A stretch of DNA of 64,000 bases from an uncultured Actinomycetes bacterium (GTDB lineage Bacteria; Actinomycetota; Thermoleophilia; Gaiellales; JAICJC01): NCBI GenBank assembly GCA_963757605.1, contig CAVWSF010000002.1, forward strand, positions 214,317 to 278,316, in the 5' to 3' direction. The position numbers and the translations under genes are program-made. A model generated the notes under the pieces. It saw only the letters and a program-made list of their open reading frames with translations, had not been told where the DNA came from and did no database searches. Below, piece by piece: positions 1 to 9,132 of the stretch; position 1 is the stretch's first letter; every line of letters begins with the position of its first letter.

Positions 1-46
1 CGCTCCGCGAATTCGACACCTCGGCGGCACACTAGGCTGCCGCGCC

Positions 47-568
47 ATGGACGTCCGTCTGATGCAGTTCGCCGAGCGCCACCTCCCGGCGTTCGAGGGC
101 ATGCTGGACGACCCCGACGTGAAGCGGTTCACCCGCCTCCCGGTCCCGGCGCCGCCGGACTTCCCGCGCACGTGGCTCACCCGCTACGAGCAGGGCCGCC
201 GCGACGGCACGAGTGAGGCCTTCGCGATCGAGGACGATGCGGGTGAGTTCCTGGGCTGCGTCATGGCGTTCGGGATCGAGGACGACGCGAGGACCGGCGA
301 GCTCGGCTATCTTGTCGCGGCGGCCGCCCGCGGCCGCGGGGTGGGAACGGCGGCTCTGCGCCTGCTCACCGAGTGGGGCTTCACCGAGCGCCGACTGCTG
401 CGGCTCGAGCTCATGATCAGCGTCGGCAACGCCGCGTCGAAGGTCGTCGCCGAGCGGGCCGGCTACGTCCGGGAGGGCGTCCTGCGCTCGCTGTACGTCA
501 AGGAGGGGGTGCGCGAGGACCACGAGCTCTGGTCATGCCTTCCGAGCGACCAGTGGCGCGGGCGGTGA
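47..568 (+). CDS. GNAT family N-acetyltransferase (RimJ/RimL-like)
   Basis: 173 aa; ELGYLV..ARGRGVGT (acetyl-CoA motif A), N.AS..VAERAGY..EG.LR typical of the RimJ/RimL group. Confidence 0.9.
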   Translation: MDVRLMQFAERHLPAFEGMLDDPDVKRFTRLPVPAPPDFPRTWLTRYEQGRRDGTSEAFAIEDDAGEFLGCVMAFGIEDDARTGELGYLVAAAARGRGVGTAALRLLTEWGFTERRLLRLELMISVGNAASKVVAERAGYVREGVLRSLYVKEGVREDHELWSCLPSDQWRGR

Positions 569-569
569 C

Positions 570-962
570 CTAGGAGTCGGCGTCCGGCGGCGCGTACCGG
601 TGGTGCAGGATCAGCATGTTGCCGTCGGGGTCCTCGAAGATCGCCTGGTGGCAGACGCCGCTGTCGATGATCTCGCCTTGAAACTGGACGCCGCGCCCGT
701 CCAGCGTCGTGCGGGCCGCTTCGACGTCGTCGACGCGCAGGGCGATGGCGCCCTTGCTCGGCGCGAACTCGCGTCCGAGCTTGGCCGTGTCGAGGAGCAG
801 GATCGTCAGGTTGCCCGTCTCGAACTCACCGCCGACCCCGTTTCGGTAGCGCTGCGAGAGCGGCAGCCCGAGCACTCCTGTGTAGAACTCCTCCGCCTGC
901 TCGAAGTTGGTGATGGGCAGGAAGACGAAGTCGGCGTGGGTGATCAGGGCGTCTTCCGTCAC
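570..962 (-). CDS. VOC/glyoxalase family protein
   Basis: 130 aa; AEEFYTGVLGL, IALRVDDVEAA, FEDPDGN motifs. Confidence 0.88.
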   Translation of the reverse strand: MTEDALITHADFVFLPITNFEQAEEFYTGVLGLPLSQRYRNGVGGEFETGNLTILLLDTAKLGREFAPSKGAIALRVDDVEAARTTLDGRGVQFQGEIIDSGVCHQAIFEDPDGNMLILHHRYAPPDADS

Positions 963-988
963 GGTGCGCAGTGTACGGTGCTGCGACC

Positions 989-1672
989 ATGAGGATCCTC
1001 GTCGCCCGCTGCGAGATCGCCTACCACGGCCGGGCCACGACCCGCCTCGGCGCCGGCGACCGGGTGATCCTGTTCAAGGACGACGGCTCGCTCTGCGTCC
1101 ACGCCGAGAAGGGCTACAAGCCGCTCAACTACATGCCCGGCCCGACGACGGTGAAGGAGGACGGCGACACGATCCGCGTCTACCGGCCGGCCTCCGACGA
1201 GACGCTCGTGATCGTGGTCGAGGAGGCCTACGAGGACGCCCGCCACGAGCTCGACGACGAGGCCGTGCTCGAGCACCACGGGGCCGAGAGGCAGATGCAC
1301 CTGCTGCTCGAGGCCTCGCCCGAGATCATCGAGGCCGGGCTGGTCGTGATCTCGCGCGAGCGGTTCACCGACGTCGGCCCGGTCGATCTCTTCTGCCGCG
1401 ACGGCGACGGCCGCACGGTTGTCGTCGAGGTGAAGCGCGTGCGGGCGGTGGCCGCCCACGTCGAGCAGCTCACCCGCTACTGCGAGCGCGTCGACCTCGA
1501 CCCGGCCCACGCGCCCTGCCGCGGCATCCTGGTGGCGCCCGAGATCGCACCGCAGGCGCGGGTGATGTGCGAGGCGCGCGGGTTCGACTTCGTCCCGGTC
1601 AGCTACGACCAGCTCGCGGCCGACGCCGTTCCCGAGCTCACGCTGTTCGACCCGGTCCCGGAAGCCAGCTGA
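989..1672 (+). CDS. nucS: Mismatch-specific endonuclease NucS/EndoMS
   Basis: MRILVARCEIAYHGR, K.DGSLCVH...YKPLNYM, GPVDLFCRD, VEVKR, EQLTRY, RGILVAP motifs of actinobacterial NucS; start moved to ATG 989. Confidence 0.93.
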   Translation: MRILVARCEIAYHGRATTRLGAGDRVILFKDDGSLCVHAEKGYKPLNYMPGPTTVKEDGDTIRVYRPASDETLVIVVEEAYEDARHELDDEAVLEHHGAERQMHLLLEASPEIIEAGLVVISRERFTDVGPVDLFCRDGDGRTVVVEVKRVRAVAAHVEQLTRYCERVDLDPAHAPCRGILVAPEIAPQARVMCEARGFDFVPVSYDQLAADAVPELTLFDPVPEAS

Positions 1673-2552
1673 ACCGGCGCAGCGCGACGGCCAGCCCGGC
1701 CGCCGCCCAGATCGCCATCACGCCCAGGTCGCTCCAGGCGATCGGCAGGCCGTGCGCCGCCGGGCTGTACGGCTGATGCAGCGCGTCCGAGAGCCGCTCG
1801 ACGGGGAAGACCGACGCCAATTGGCGCAGCCACGACGGGAGACTGGCGTTCGGGATGAAGATGCCCGACGCGAGGTAGAGCGGCAGCATCACCGCCTGCA
1901 CGGTGGGCTGGGCCGCCTCGGCCGAGCCGATCAGCGTCGCCACGGCGTAGGCCAGCACGCAGAAGCAGAGCGAGCCGGCAACCGCCGACAGGATGACCGC
2001 CGGGATCCCCTCGGCGGGCAGCGCGACGCCGAAGCCGATCCAGCCGATCGCGACGAGCGCAGTCGCCATCGTGAGCGAGACGGCCATCGCGGTGAGCGCC
2101 CGCCCGCCGATCAGCACCCAGGCCGGCACGGGCGTCGCCCGCCGCCGCTTCAGCACTCCCGACTCGCGCTGGGTGACGACCGAGATCACCAGGTTCGTGA
2201 ACGACGAGGCGATCACCGACAGCGCGACCAGCCCGGGCACGTAGTAGGTCGAGGCCTCAGCGCCGGCGACGCGGTCGGAGCCCCACATGCCGACGAAGAG
2301 GACGAGCAGCAGGAGCGGCAGCATCACGGTTGCCGTGCGGGCCTGCGCGTTTCGCGCCAGCGTCCACAGGTCGTAGCGGGCTTGGTGCAGCACGAGCCGG
2401 ACCGGGCCATGACTCCCGGCCGCGGCGGCGGTCGTGTCGTCGCTCGGCGGACCGCGGCGGGGCTGGCGGACGGCCTTCAGTCCGCGCGCCAGACCGAAGC
2501 GGGCGATGACGACGACGGCGATGATGACGATGTTTGTGGAGCCGTGGAACAT
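1638..2552 (-). CDS. ABC-2 type transporter permease
   Basis: Six TM helices, RESGVLKRRRATP motif, coupled to the upstream ATPase. Confidence 0.88.
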   Translation of the reverse strand: MFHGSTNIVIIAVVVIARFGLARGLKAVRQPRRGPPSDDTTAAAAGSHGPVRLVLHQARYDLWTLARNAQARTATVMLPLLLLVLFVGMWGSDRVAGAEASTYYVPGLVALSVIASSFTNLVISVVTQRESGVLKRRRATPVPAWVLIGGRALTAMAVSLTMATALVAIGWIGFGVALPAEGIPAVILSAVAGSLCFCVLAYAVATLIGSAEAAQPTVQAVMLPLYLASGIFIPNASLPSWLRQLASVFPVERLSDALHQPYSPAAHGLPIAWSDLGVMAIWAAAGLAVALRRFSWLPGPGRTA

Positions 2553-3493
2553 CAGGCCTCCTTGGTGTCGGTGGTGTCGGTGGTGTCGAGCGAGCCGGCG
2601 AGCGCCAGGTAGACGTCCTCCAACGCGGGCCGGCGCACCTCGAGGTCGGGCAGGTCGATCCCGCGGCCGAGGGCCCAGTCCGCGAGGGCACGGACGTCGG
2701 CGAGCGGTTCGGTCGAGCGGAGCCGGATCCGGCGGCCGTCAGGCCGGGCGCCGTTTCGGAGAGGGAGCGGCAGCTCGCCGGCGCCGATCCCGTCCGGCAG
2801 CGTGAATGCGATCTCGTGGGCGCGGCGGTCGCGGCCACCGATCGTCCCGGGCGCGCCCTCGGCCACGACGGCTCCGTCCACGATCACCGCGATGCGGTCG
2901 GCGAGCCGCTCGGCCTCGTCCATGGCGTGCGTCGTCAGGACAATCGTGGTCCCAAGGCGGCGAAGGCCGTCGATTGTCTCCCAGGCGTCGCGTCGGGCCT
3001 TCGGATCGAAACCCGTGGTGGGCTCGTCGAGGAAGAGCAGCTCGGGGTCGCCGATCAGGGCAAGCCCGATGTCGAGCCGCCGCCGCTGGCCGCCTGACAG
3101 CTGCTCGGTGCCGGTCTCGAGGCAGTTCGCCAAGCCGACGAGATCGGCGACCTCGGCCGGCGCCCGCGGCGCGCGGTAGTAGCCCGCGTAGAGGCTCAGG
3201 CATTCGCGCACCGAGAGGCCCGGGTCGGGTCGTGACTCCTGGAGCACGACGCCGACGCGCTCGCGCCAGGCCGTGCCGGCCGTCTGCGGGTCGGTTCCGA
3301 GCACGCGGACATCGCCGGCGGTACGGCTGCGAAAGCCGGTCAGGATCTCGACGATGGTGGTCTTCCCGGCCCCGTTCGGACCGAGCAGCGCGACGATCTC
3401 GCCCGGGCGGACGTCGAGATCGACGCCGCGGACGACCTCGCGGTCGCCGTAGCGCTTACGCAGGCCGCGCACATGGACGACGGCACCGCTCAC
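2552..3493 (-). CDS. ABC transporter ATP-binding protein (DrrA-like exporter)
   Basis: Walker A GPNGAGKTT, LSGGQ signature, LFLDEPTTGFD, TTH. Confidence 0.95.
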   Translation of the reverse strand: MSGAVVHVRGLRKRYGDREVVRGVDLDVRPGEIVALLGPNGAGKTTIVEILTGFRSRTAGDVRVLGTDPQTAGTAWRERVGVVLQESRPDPGLSVRECLSLYAGYYRAPRAPAEVADLVGLANCLETGTEQLSGGQRRRLDIGLALIGDPELLFLDEPTTGFDPKARRDAWETIDGLRRLGTTIVLTTHAMDEAERLADRIAVIVDGAVVAEGAPGTIGGRDRRAHEIAFTLPDGIGAGELPLPLRNGARPDGRRIRLRSTEPLADVRALADWALGRGIDLPDLEVRRPALEDVYLALAGSLDTTDTTDTKEA

Positions 3494-3921
3494 GCGACCC
3501 GCTCCGTCTGCGTCCGGCGCAGCCTGGCCAGGAGGGCCTCGAGGCTTGCAACGACCTCGGCCGGGTCATCGAGGCCGGCCGCCTCGGCGAGCAGCGGATC
3601 GACCTGGGCGGCGCCGTGGCGGGCCGCCCTGGCCGAGACTGACGCCGACAGGCGCACCAGCGTGCGCCGTCCGTCCCTGGGATCGCCCTCCGTCTCGACG
3701 GCGCCGCGCTCGCGCAGCCGTGCGACGGACTGCGACACGTGGCTCTGCGGCAGTCCGGTGCGGCGGGCGATCTCGCCGATCGGGCTTCCGGGGTGCTCGG
3801 CGATGTCGGTCACGATCAGGCGGACGCCCGTCGGGACGGGCGGAGCACCCGGCGGGCGCATGGCGCCCTCGCCGATCTTCATCAAGCGGCGTCCGAGGAG
3901 GTAGAGGTCAAGCGCGTTCAC
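3490..3921 (-). CDS. MarR-like winged-helix regulator
   Basis: IGEIARRTGLPQSHVSQSVARL HTH, DPRDGRRTLV wing; heads the ABC operon; GTG start at 3921 chosen. Confidence 0.85.
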   Translation of the reverse strand: MNALDLYLLGRRLMKIGEGAMRPPGAPPVPTGVRLIVTDIAEHPGSPIGEIARRTGLPQSHVSQSVARLRERGAVETEGDPRDGRRTLVRLSASVSARAARHGAAQVDPLLAEAAGLDDPAEVVASLEALLARLRRTQTERVA

Positions 3922-3929
3922 GCTTCGCA

Positions 3930-3956
3930 AGATACATCACTACAGATGTATCTGCA
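3930..3956. promoter_or_regulatory. Palindromic operator, probably bound by the MarR-like protein
   Basis: AGATACATC-N6-GATGTATCT perfect 9-bp inverted repeat, overlapping CAGAT-GT-ATCTG, AT-rich, immediately upstream of the regulator. Confidence 0.65.
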
Positions 3957-4008
3957 AATATGCTTCTCGGATGGGTATGAATACGCCACCCGATCCGAGA
4001 GGAGCTCC

Positions 4009-4386
4009 ATGCCCGTCGTCGACCTGACCGACCATCCGACCGTCAAGACCCCGTACGGCCGCTGGCAGCCCCTGAACGGCCCCCTCGGCGTGGCCGGGTT
4101 CGGCATCAGCGCCATCGTGTGCGACCCGGGCGAGGAGTTCGACATCGAGCACGACGAGACTGACAGCGGCCAGCAGGAGGTGTACGTCGTGGTCGCGGGG
4201 CGGGCGACGTTCCGGATCGGCGACGAGCAGGTCGAGGCCGGTCCCGGGCAGGTCGTCTCGGCGCCCGACCCGGCCGCGGTCCGAAGCTACGGCGCGCTCG
4301 AGCCCGGCACGCGCATCGTGTGCATCGGCGGCGCCGGTGGCGACGAGGGCTATGGCACCTGGATCGCCGACGCGGCGGAGAATTAG
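4009..4386 (+). CDS. Cupin domain protein
   Basis: EHDE...QQEVYVVVAGRATF.IGDE.VEAGPG cupin motifs; GAGAGGAG RBS before ATG 4009. Confidence 0.85.
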   Translation: MPVVDLTDHPTVKTPYGRWQPLNGPLGVAGFGISAIVCDPGEEFDIEHDETDSGQQEVYVVVAGRATFRIGDEQVEAGPGQVVSAPDPAAVRSYGALEPGTRIVCIGGAGGDEGYGTWIADAAEN

Positions 4387-5570
4387 CTGGCCAGGCTCGC
4401 CACGCCCTCCAGGAAGGCGTCGATCTCCGCGGGCGTGTTGTAGTGCACGGCGCCGACGCGGACCGCGCCGCCCGAGTCCTCGATCCCCAGCCGCTGCATG
4501 AGCTCGAGCGCGTAGTAGTTGCCGTCCCAGACGAAGACGTCGCGCTCGCCGAGCGCTGCCGACACCTCGGCCGGGTGCTTGCCCGCCACGTTGAAGGCGT
4601 AGGTGGGGCAGCGGCGGTCGAGGTCGCGGGTGCCGTAGACGGTGACGGCGGCGATGCCCTCGAGCCCCTCCAGGAGCCGCGCGGAGAGCTCGCGCTCGTA
4701 GGCGGCCACCTGCTCCATGCCGAGCCCGGTCAGGTAGCGGATCGCCGCGGTCGTGCCGGCGATCCCCTCCAGGTTGATCGTCCCGGTCTCCCACGAGTGC
4801 GGCGGCTCGTCCGGCGCCGGGCGCACCTTGTAGGGCCGGTGCTGCTCGAGCAGCTCGCCGCGGCCGTAGAGCACGCCCACGTGGGGGCCGAAGAACTTGT
4901 AGGCCGAGCAGACCAGGAAGTCGCACCCGAGCGCCGAGACGTCGATGGCTCCGTGCGGCGCGTAGTGGACGGCGTCGACGTAGGAGACGGCGCCCGCCTC
5001 CCGGCACAGCGCGGCGAGCCGGGCGACGTCGTTGATCGTGCCGGCGCCGTTCGACGCCCAGCCGAACGCGGCCACGCGGGTCCGGCCGGTGAGCTTCGAT
5101 GCGAAGTCGTCGACGTCGACGAGGCAGGAGTCGGTGTCGATCCCCGCCTGGCGGATCGTGACGCCGCGGTCGCTTGCGGCCAGCATCCAGGGTGCGACGT
5201 TGGCGTCGTGGTCGAGCCCCGTCACGAGGATTTCGTCGCCCGGCCCGAGGCTTCGGCACAGGATCCGCGATGCGTGCATCGTGAGCGTCGTCATGTTGGC
5301 GCCGAAGACGATCTCGTGGCCCGACGCGGCGCCGAGGAACTCGGCGGCCACGGTGCGGGCCTCCTCGAGCATCGCGTCGCTTCGCCGTGAGGTCTCGAAC
5401 GGCCCGCCCAGGTTGGCGTTGGCGTCGCGGTAGTAGGCCTCGACGGCCTCGTAGACGGAGCGGTGCGCCTGCGTGCCGCCGGGGTTGTCGAGGAAGACGC
5501 GGCGGCCGTCGATGGACGGGAAGCCGGCCCGGACGGCGGCGACGTCGATGGTGGAGGCAATCGGGTTCAT
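4383..5570 (-). CDS. Cysteine desulfurase-like PLP enzyme (class V aminotransferase)
   Basis: FLDNPGGTQ, LDHDANV, VDAVH, SAYKFFGPH (PLP Lys), ETGT, VHYNT; start ATG 5570. Confidence 0.9.
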   Translation of the reverse strand: MNPIASTIDVAAVRAGFPSIDGRRVFLDNPGGTQAHRSVYEAVEAYYRDANANLGGPFETSRRSDAMLEEARTVAAEFLGAASGHEIVFGANMTTLTMHASRILCRSLGPGDEILVTGLDHDANVAPWMLAASDRGVTIRQAGIDTDSCLVDVDDFASKLTGRTRVAAFGWASNGAGTINDVARLAALCREAGAVSYVDAVHYAPHGAIDVSALGCDFLVCSAYKFFGPHVGVLYGRGELLEQHRPYKVRPAPDEPPHSWETGTINLEGIAGTTAAIRYLTGLGMEQVAAYERELSARLLEGLEGIAAVTVYGTRDLDRRCPTYAFNVAGKHPAEVSAALGERDVFVWDGNYYALELMQRLGIEDSGGAVRVGAVHYNTPAEIDAFLEGVASLAS

Positions 5571-5576
5571 GGCGAG

Positions 5577-5586
5577 ATCGTAAACT
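5577..5586. promoter_or_regulatory. Bidirectional leaderless promoter (overlapping -10 hexamers)
   Basis: TAAACT (+, 5581-5586) lies 6 nt before ATG 5593; TACGAT (-, 5582-5577) lies 6 nt before ATG 5570. Confidence 0.65.
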
Positions 5587-5592
5587 GCCGCG

Positions 5593-6996
5593 ATGAAGCT
5601 CGTCATCCTTGGCGGCGGCCCCGCCGGATACGCCGCCGCCTCGGCGGCCGCGCACGTGGGCGGAGAGGTGACGCTGGTCGAGGAGTTCTCGCTGGGCGGG
5701 AACTGCACGATGACCGACGCGGTGCCGTCGAAGACGCTGCTCACGACCGCCGACGCGATGCTCGAGGTGGCCCGCGCCGAGGCGGCCGGGCTCGACTTCG
5801 TGCAGGGCTTCCCGGAGGTGAACCTACGGCGGACTCTGGCTCGGGCGCGGGCCGTGGCGCTGCACCAGAGCCGCGGCGTGCGCGAGCGGATGGACGGCAT
5901 GAACGTGCAGGTGCTCCCGGGGCGCGGCCGGTTCACGGGCCCGAACACGCTCGTCGCCAACGTGGACGGCCGCGACCACGAGCTCGACTTCGACGCGCTC
6001 CTCGTCTGCACGGGCGCCTCGCCGTTCGTGCCGCCGTTCGCCCGGCCCGACGCGCACCGGGTGCTGACGACCCGGCAGGTGTTCGAACTGCGCGACCTGC
6101 CCGAGCACCTCGTCGTCCTGGGCGCCGGCCCGACCGGGTGCGAGTTCGCCGACTTCTTCTCGCGCTGCGGCTCGCGGGTGACGCTCGTCTCGGCCCGCGA
6201 CCAGCTCCTCCCGACCGACGATCCCGACCTGGCCGAGGTGCTGGAGGAGGTCTTCCTGCGGCGCGGCATGGACGTGATCGAGAACGGGCGCGCGTCGGCG
6301 ATCGACACGGAGGATCCCGAGCGCGTCCGGCTCGTGCTCGAGGACGGGCGCGACCTCACCTGCTCGCACCTGCTCCTCTGCATCGGCATGCGCCCGAACA
6401 CGCTCGACCTGGGGCTCGACGCGGCCGGCGTCGAGTTCGGCGATCGCGGCGCGCTGCCGGTCGACGAGTTCCTTCGTACGAGCGTCCCCCACATCTACGC
6501 GTGCGGCGACGTCACCGGCCAGGTGATGCTCGCCAACACGGCGGCGGTGCACGGCCGCACGGCCGCCCTGCACGCGCTCGGTATCGAGATCGAGCCGGTC
6601 GCCTACACCGGCGTCGCGTGGTGCGTCTTCACGCGCCCCGAGATCGCCAAGGCCGGTATCTCCGAGCGCCAGGCCCGGCTCGACGGGATCCCCGTGCGCG
6701 TGACCAAGCAGCTGATCCGGGCCAACCCGCGGGCGGTGATGGAGGGCGAGACCGACGGCATGATCAAGCTTCTGTCAGACCCCGACGACGGCACGATCCT
6801 CGGCGGGGCGATGGTCGGGCTGCGGGCGTCCGAGGTGATCACGGCCGTCGCGCTGGCGGTGCACGCCAGGCTCTCGGTGCAGGTGCTGGCCGAGACGGCC
6901 GCCGTCAACCCGTCGATGTCGGAGAGCCTCCAGCGGGCGGCCGAGAAGGCCGCTGAGGGCATGCTCGGCATCTCACGCGTGACGCTGACGAGCTGA
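5593..6996 (+). CDS. Flavoprotein disulfide reductase family, LpdA-like NAD(P)H:quinone oxidoreductase
   Basis: GGGPAG FAD motif, GAGPTGCEFA NAD motif, IYACGD, dimerisation domain; redox disulfide and His-Glu dyad incomplete. Confidence 0.8.
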   Translation: MKLVILGGGPAGYAAASAAAHVGGEVTLVEEFSLGGNCTMTDAVPSKTLLTTADAMLEVARAEAAGLDFVQGFPEVNLRRTLARARAVALHQSRGVRERMDGMNVQVLPGRGRFTGPNTLVANVDGRDHELDFDALLVCTGASPFVPPFARPDAHRVLTTRQVFELRDLPEHLVVLGAGPTGCEFADFFSRCGSRVTLVSARDQLLPTDDPDLAEVLEEVFLRRGMDVIENGRASAIDTEDPERVRLVLEDGRDLTCSHLLLCIGMRPNTLDLGLDAAGVEFGDRGALPVDEFLRTSVPHIYACGDVTGQVMLANTAAVHGRTAALHALGIEIEPVAYTGVAWCVFTRPEIAKAGISERQARLDGIPVRVTKQLIRANPRAVMEGETDGMIKLLSDPDDGTILGGAMVGLRASEVITAVALAVHARLSVQVLAETAAVNPSMSESLQRAAEKAAEGMLGISRVTLTS

Positions 6997-7024
6997 AAAT
7001 TTGGGGTCAGACCCCAATTTTCAG
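6993..7024. repeat. Palindromic REP-like element / bidirectional terminator
   Basis: CTGAAAAT-T-TGGGGTC-A-GACCCCA-ATTTTCAG between convergent genes; includes both TGA stops. Confidence 0.75.
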
Positions 7025-7782
7025 ACCTCGATGCGCAAACCCGGGTGGGCGATCTCGATCGGGCCGGAGTACTCGGCGCGGGCCTTCTCGATGACCTCGT
7101 CGCTGCCGTTCTCGGCCGGGACGTGGGTCAGCAGCAGCCGCTTCACCCTCGCCCGCGCCGCCTCGCGGCCGGCCTCGGCGGCGTCCATGTGGCCGCGCTC
7201 CGTCGAGTCGCCCTGCGCGTCCTTGAGCGACGCCTCGCACAGGAAGAGGTCGGCGCCATGGGCGAACCGGGCCAGCCGCTCGGTCGGGGCGGTGTCGGCC
7301 GAGTAGGCGATCGTCGAGTTCCCGACGTCGATCTTGATCGAGTAGCACGTCGTGTAGTGCAGGCTCGGCGCGAACGTGAAGCGCATGTCGCCAAGGCGCA
7401 GGTCGAGCTGGGGGTCGTACTCGATGACCTCCCAGGCCGCCTCGAACGTCTCGACCGACCCGTCCCACACCGCCGCCACCCGGTCGAGCACCTGCCTCCC
7501 CCCCGGTGGGAGGTGAAGCGTCGCCCGCGGCCGGTCGTTCCATGAGCCGTACCGGTAGGCGTAGTGGAGCGGGACGAGGTCGAACCAGTGGTCGGCGTGG
7601 AAGTGGCTGATGACGATGTCGGTGAGCGGCCCGGGGTCGTGGGCCCGCAGCTCCGAGGCGATCCCCGACCCGCAGTCGAGCAGCACGCGGGCCCGGTCGC
7701 TCTCGACGAGATAGCCGCTCGCCGCCTGTCCCGGGTTGGGCCACGCCGGGCTCCCGCCGAGCACGGTGAGCGCCAGCCCCAC
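7021..7782 (-). CDS. MBL-fold metallo-hydrolase (RNase Z/BN-like)
   Basis: LTVLGGS, LLDCGSG, SHFHADH, YSADT, LCEAS, HM, LTHV; GTG start 7782. Confidence 0.9.
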   Translation of the reverse strand: MGLALTVLGGSPAWPNPGQAASGYLVESDRARVLLDCGSGIASELRAHDPGPLTDIVISHFHADHWFDLVPLHYAYRYGSWNDRPRATLHLPPGGRQVLDRVAAVWDGSVETFEAAWEVIEYDPQLDLRLGDMRFTFAPSLHYTTCYSIKIDVGNSTIAYSADTAPTERLARFAHGADLFLCEASLKDAQGDSTERGHMDAAEAGREAARARVKRLLLTHVPAENGSDEVIEKARAEYSGPIEIAHPGLRIEV

Positions 7783-7784
7783 GC

Positions 7785-8564
7785 TCAGATCCCCATCGCG
7801 TGGTAGCCGGAGTCGACGTAGACGGTCGTGCCCGTGACCATCCGCGACATCGGGCTGCACAGGTAGAGCGCCGCCTGGCCGACGTCGGCGGCGTCGATGT
7901 TCTGGCGCATCGGCGAGCGCTCCTCGATGACCGTCTCGATGTCCTTGAACCCGGCGATGCCGGCCGACGCCAGCGTCCGCACCGGCCCGGCCGAGATCGC
8001 GTTCACGCGGATCGCCGCCGGCCCCAGCTCGTAGGCCAGGTAGCGCACCGAGCACTCGAGTGCCGCCTTCGCCGTCGCCATGACGTTGTAGCCCGGGAAC
8101 GCGCGCTCGCTGGCCATGTAGGTCATCGTCACCATCGACCCGCCGCCGCGGGCCGCCATCAGCGGCTCGGCTCGGCGGGCCATCGCGATCATCGAGTAGG
8201 CCGAGACGTCGAGCGCGGTTTGGAACGCGTCGCGCGGGGTCTCGATGAAGCGGTTGGTGAACGTGTCCTGGGGTGCGAACGCGATCGAGTGGACGAAGAT
8301 GTCGAGCCCGCCGAGCTCCTCGCCGACCTGCTCGAACGCCCGGTCGATGCTGGCGTCGGCCGACACGTCGCACTCGACGACGACATCGGACTCGGCCTCC
8401 GCGGCGAGCTTCCGCACCCCGCCCTCGAGCCGCTCGCCCTGATAGGTGAACGCGAGCTGCGCGCCCGCGCCATGCAGCGCCTGGGCGATCGCCCACGCGA
8501 TCGACCGCTTGTTGGCCACGCCCGCGACCAGCGCCAGCTTGCCGTCCAGAATCCCGTCCGCCAC
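7785..8564 (-). CDS. fabI: Enoyl-ACP reductase FabI
   Basis: GVANKRSIAWAIA, HSIAFAP, SAYS, YNVMATAKAALE, NAISAGPVRTLA. Confidence 0.93.
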   Translation of the reverse strand: MADGILDGKLALVAGVANKRSIAWAIAQALHGAGAQLAFTYQGERLEGGVRKLAAEAESDVVVECDVSADASIDRAFEQVGEELGGLDIFVHSIAFAPQDTFTNRFIETPRDAFQTALDVSAYSMIAMARRAEPLMAARGGGSMVTMTYMASERAFPGYNVMATAKAALECSVRYLAYELGPAAIRVNAISAGPVRTLASAGIAGFKDIETVIEERSPMRQNIDAADVGQAALYLCSPMSRMVTGTTVYVDSGYHAMGI

Positions 8565-8610
8565 GTCACCACTCCCTTCCCGTTGGCGCCGGTGACCCTA
8601 GCAATTCCGC

Positions 8611-9132
8611 TCAGTCGAGCCGGGTGGCGACCTCGGCGAGCGGCGCCCGCTCGGACTCCTGCGGCGGGTGCAGCGGATGGCCCAGGTGAAGCAGGCCGAC
8701 CGCGACCTCGTCCGGCTCGAGCCCGACGGCGGCGCGCCCGCCTGGCTCGTCGAGGATCCCAAGTGTCCGCCAGTAGCCGGCCAGCCCGCGCGCGTGCGCG
8801 GCCAGGAGCACGATGTAGGCCGCGACTCCGGTGGCCAGGACGTCCTCGTGGTCCTGCACGGCGTCGCCCGTCTGGCGCGCCGAGACGACGACGAGCGTCG
8901 GCGCCCGGTCGAGCTTTCGGGCCGAGCCGGGCTTGGCCGCGTCGGCGGCCGCCTTCAGCCGCTCGAGTGACGCCGGGCCGAGAATGCGGAAGCGCCACGG
9001 GTTGGTCAGGTGGTGGTTGGGCGCCCACCGGGCCAGGTCGAGCAGGTCGTCGAGCGTGCCGGCGTCGACGGGCTCGGGCCGGTAGGCCTTGTGCGTCCGC
9101 CGCGTGCGGACGGCGGCATCGACCTCCATCAT
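8611..9132 (-). CDS. Nitroreductase family protein (YdjA-like)
   Basis: RTRRTHKAY, APNHHLTNPWRF, AHARGLAGYWRT; ATGA overlap with the upstream gene. Confidence 0.88.
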   Translation of the reverse strand: MMEVDAAVRTRRTHKAYRPEPVDAGTLDDLLDLARWAPNHHLTNPWRFRILGPASLERLKAAADAAKPGSARKLDRAPTLVVVSARQTGDAVQDHEDVLATGVAAYIVLLAAHARGLAGYWRTLGILDEPGGRAAVGLEPDEVAVGLLHLGHPLHPPQESERAPLAEVATRLD

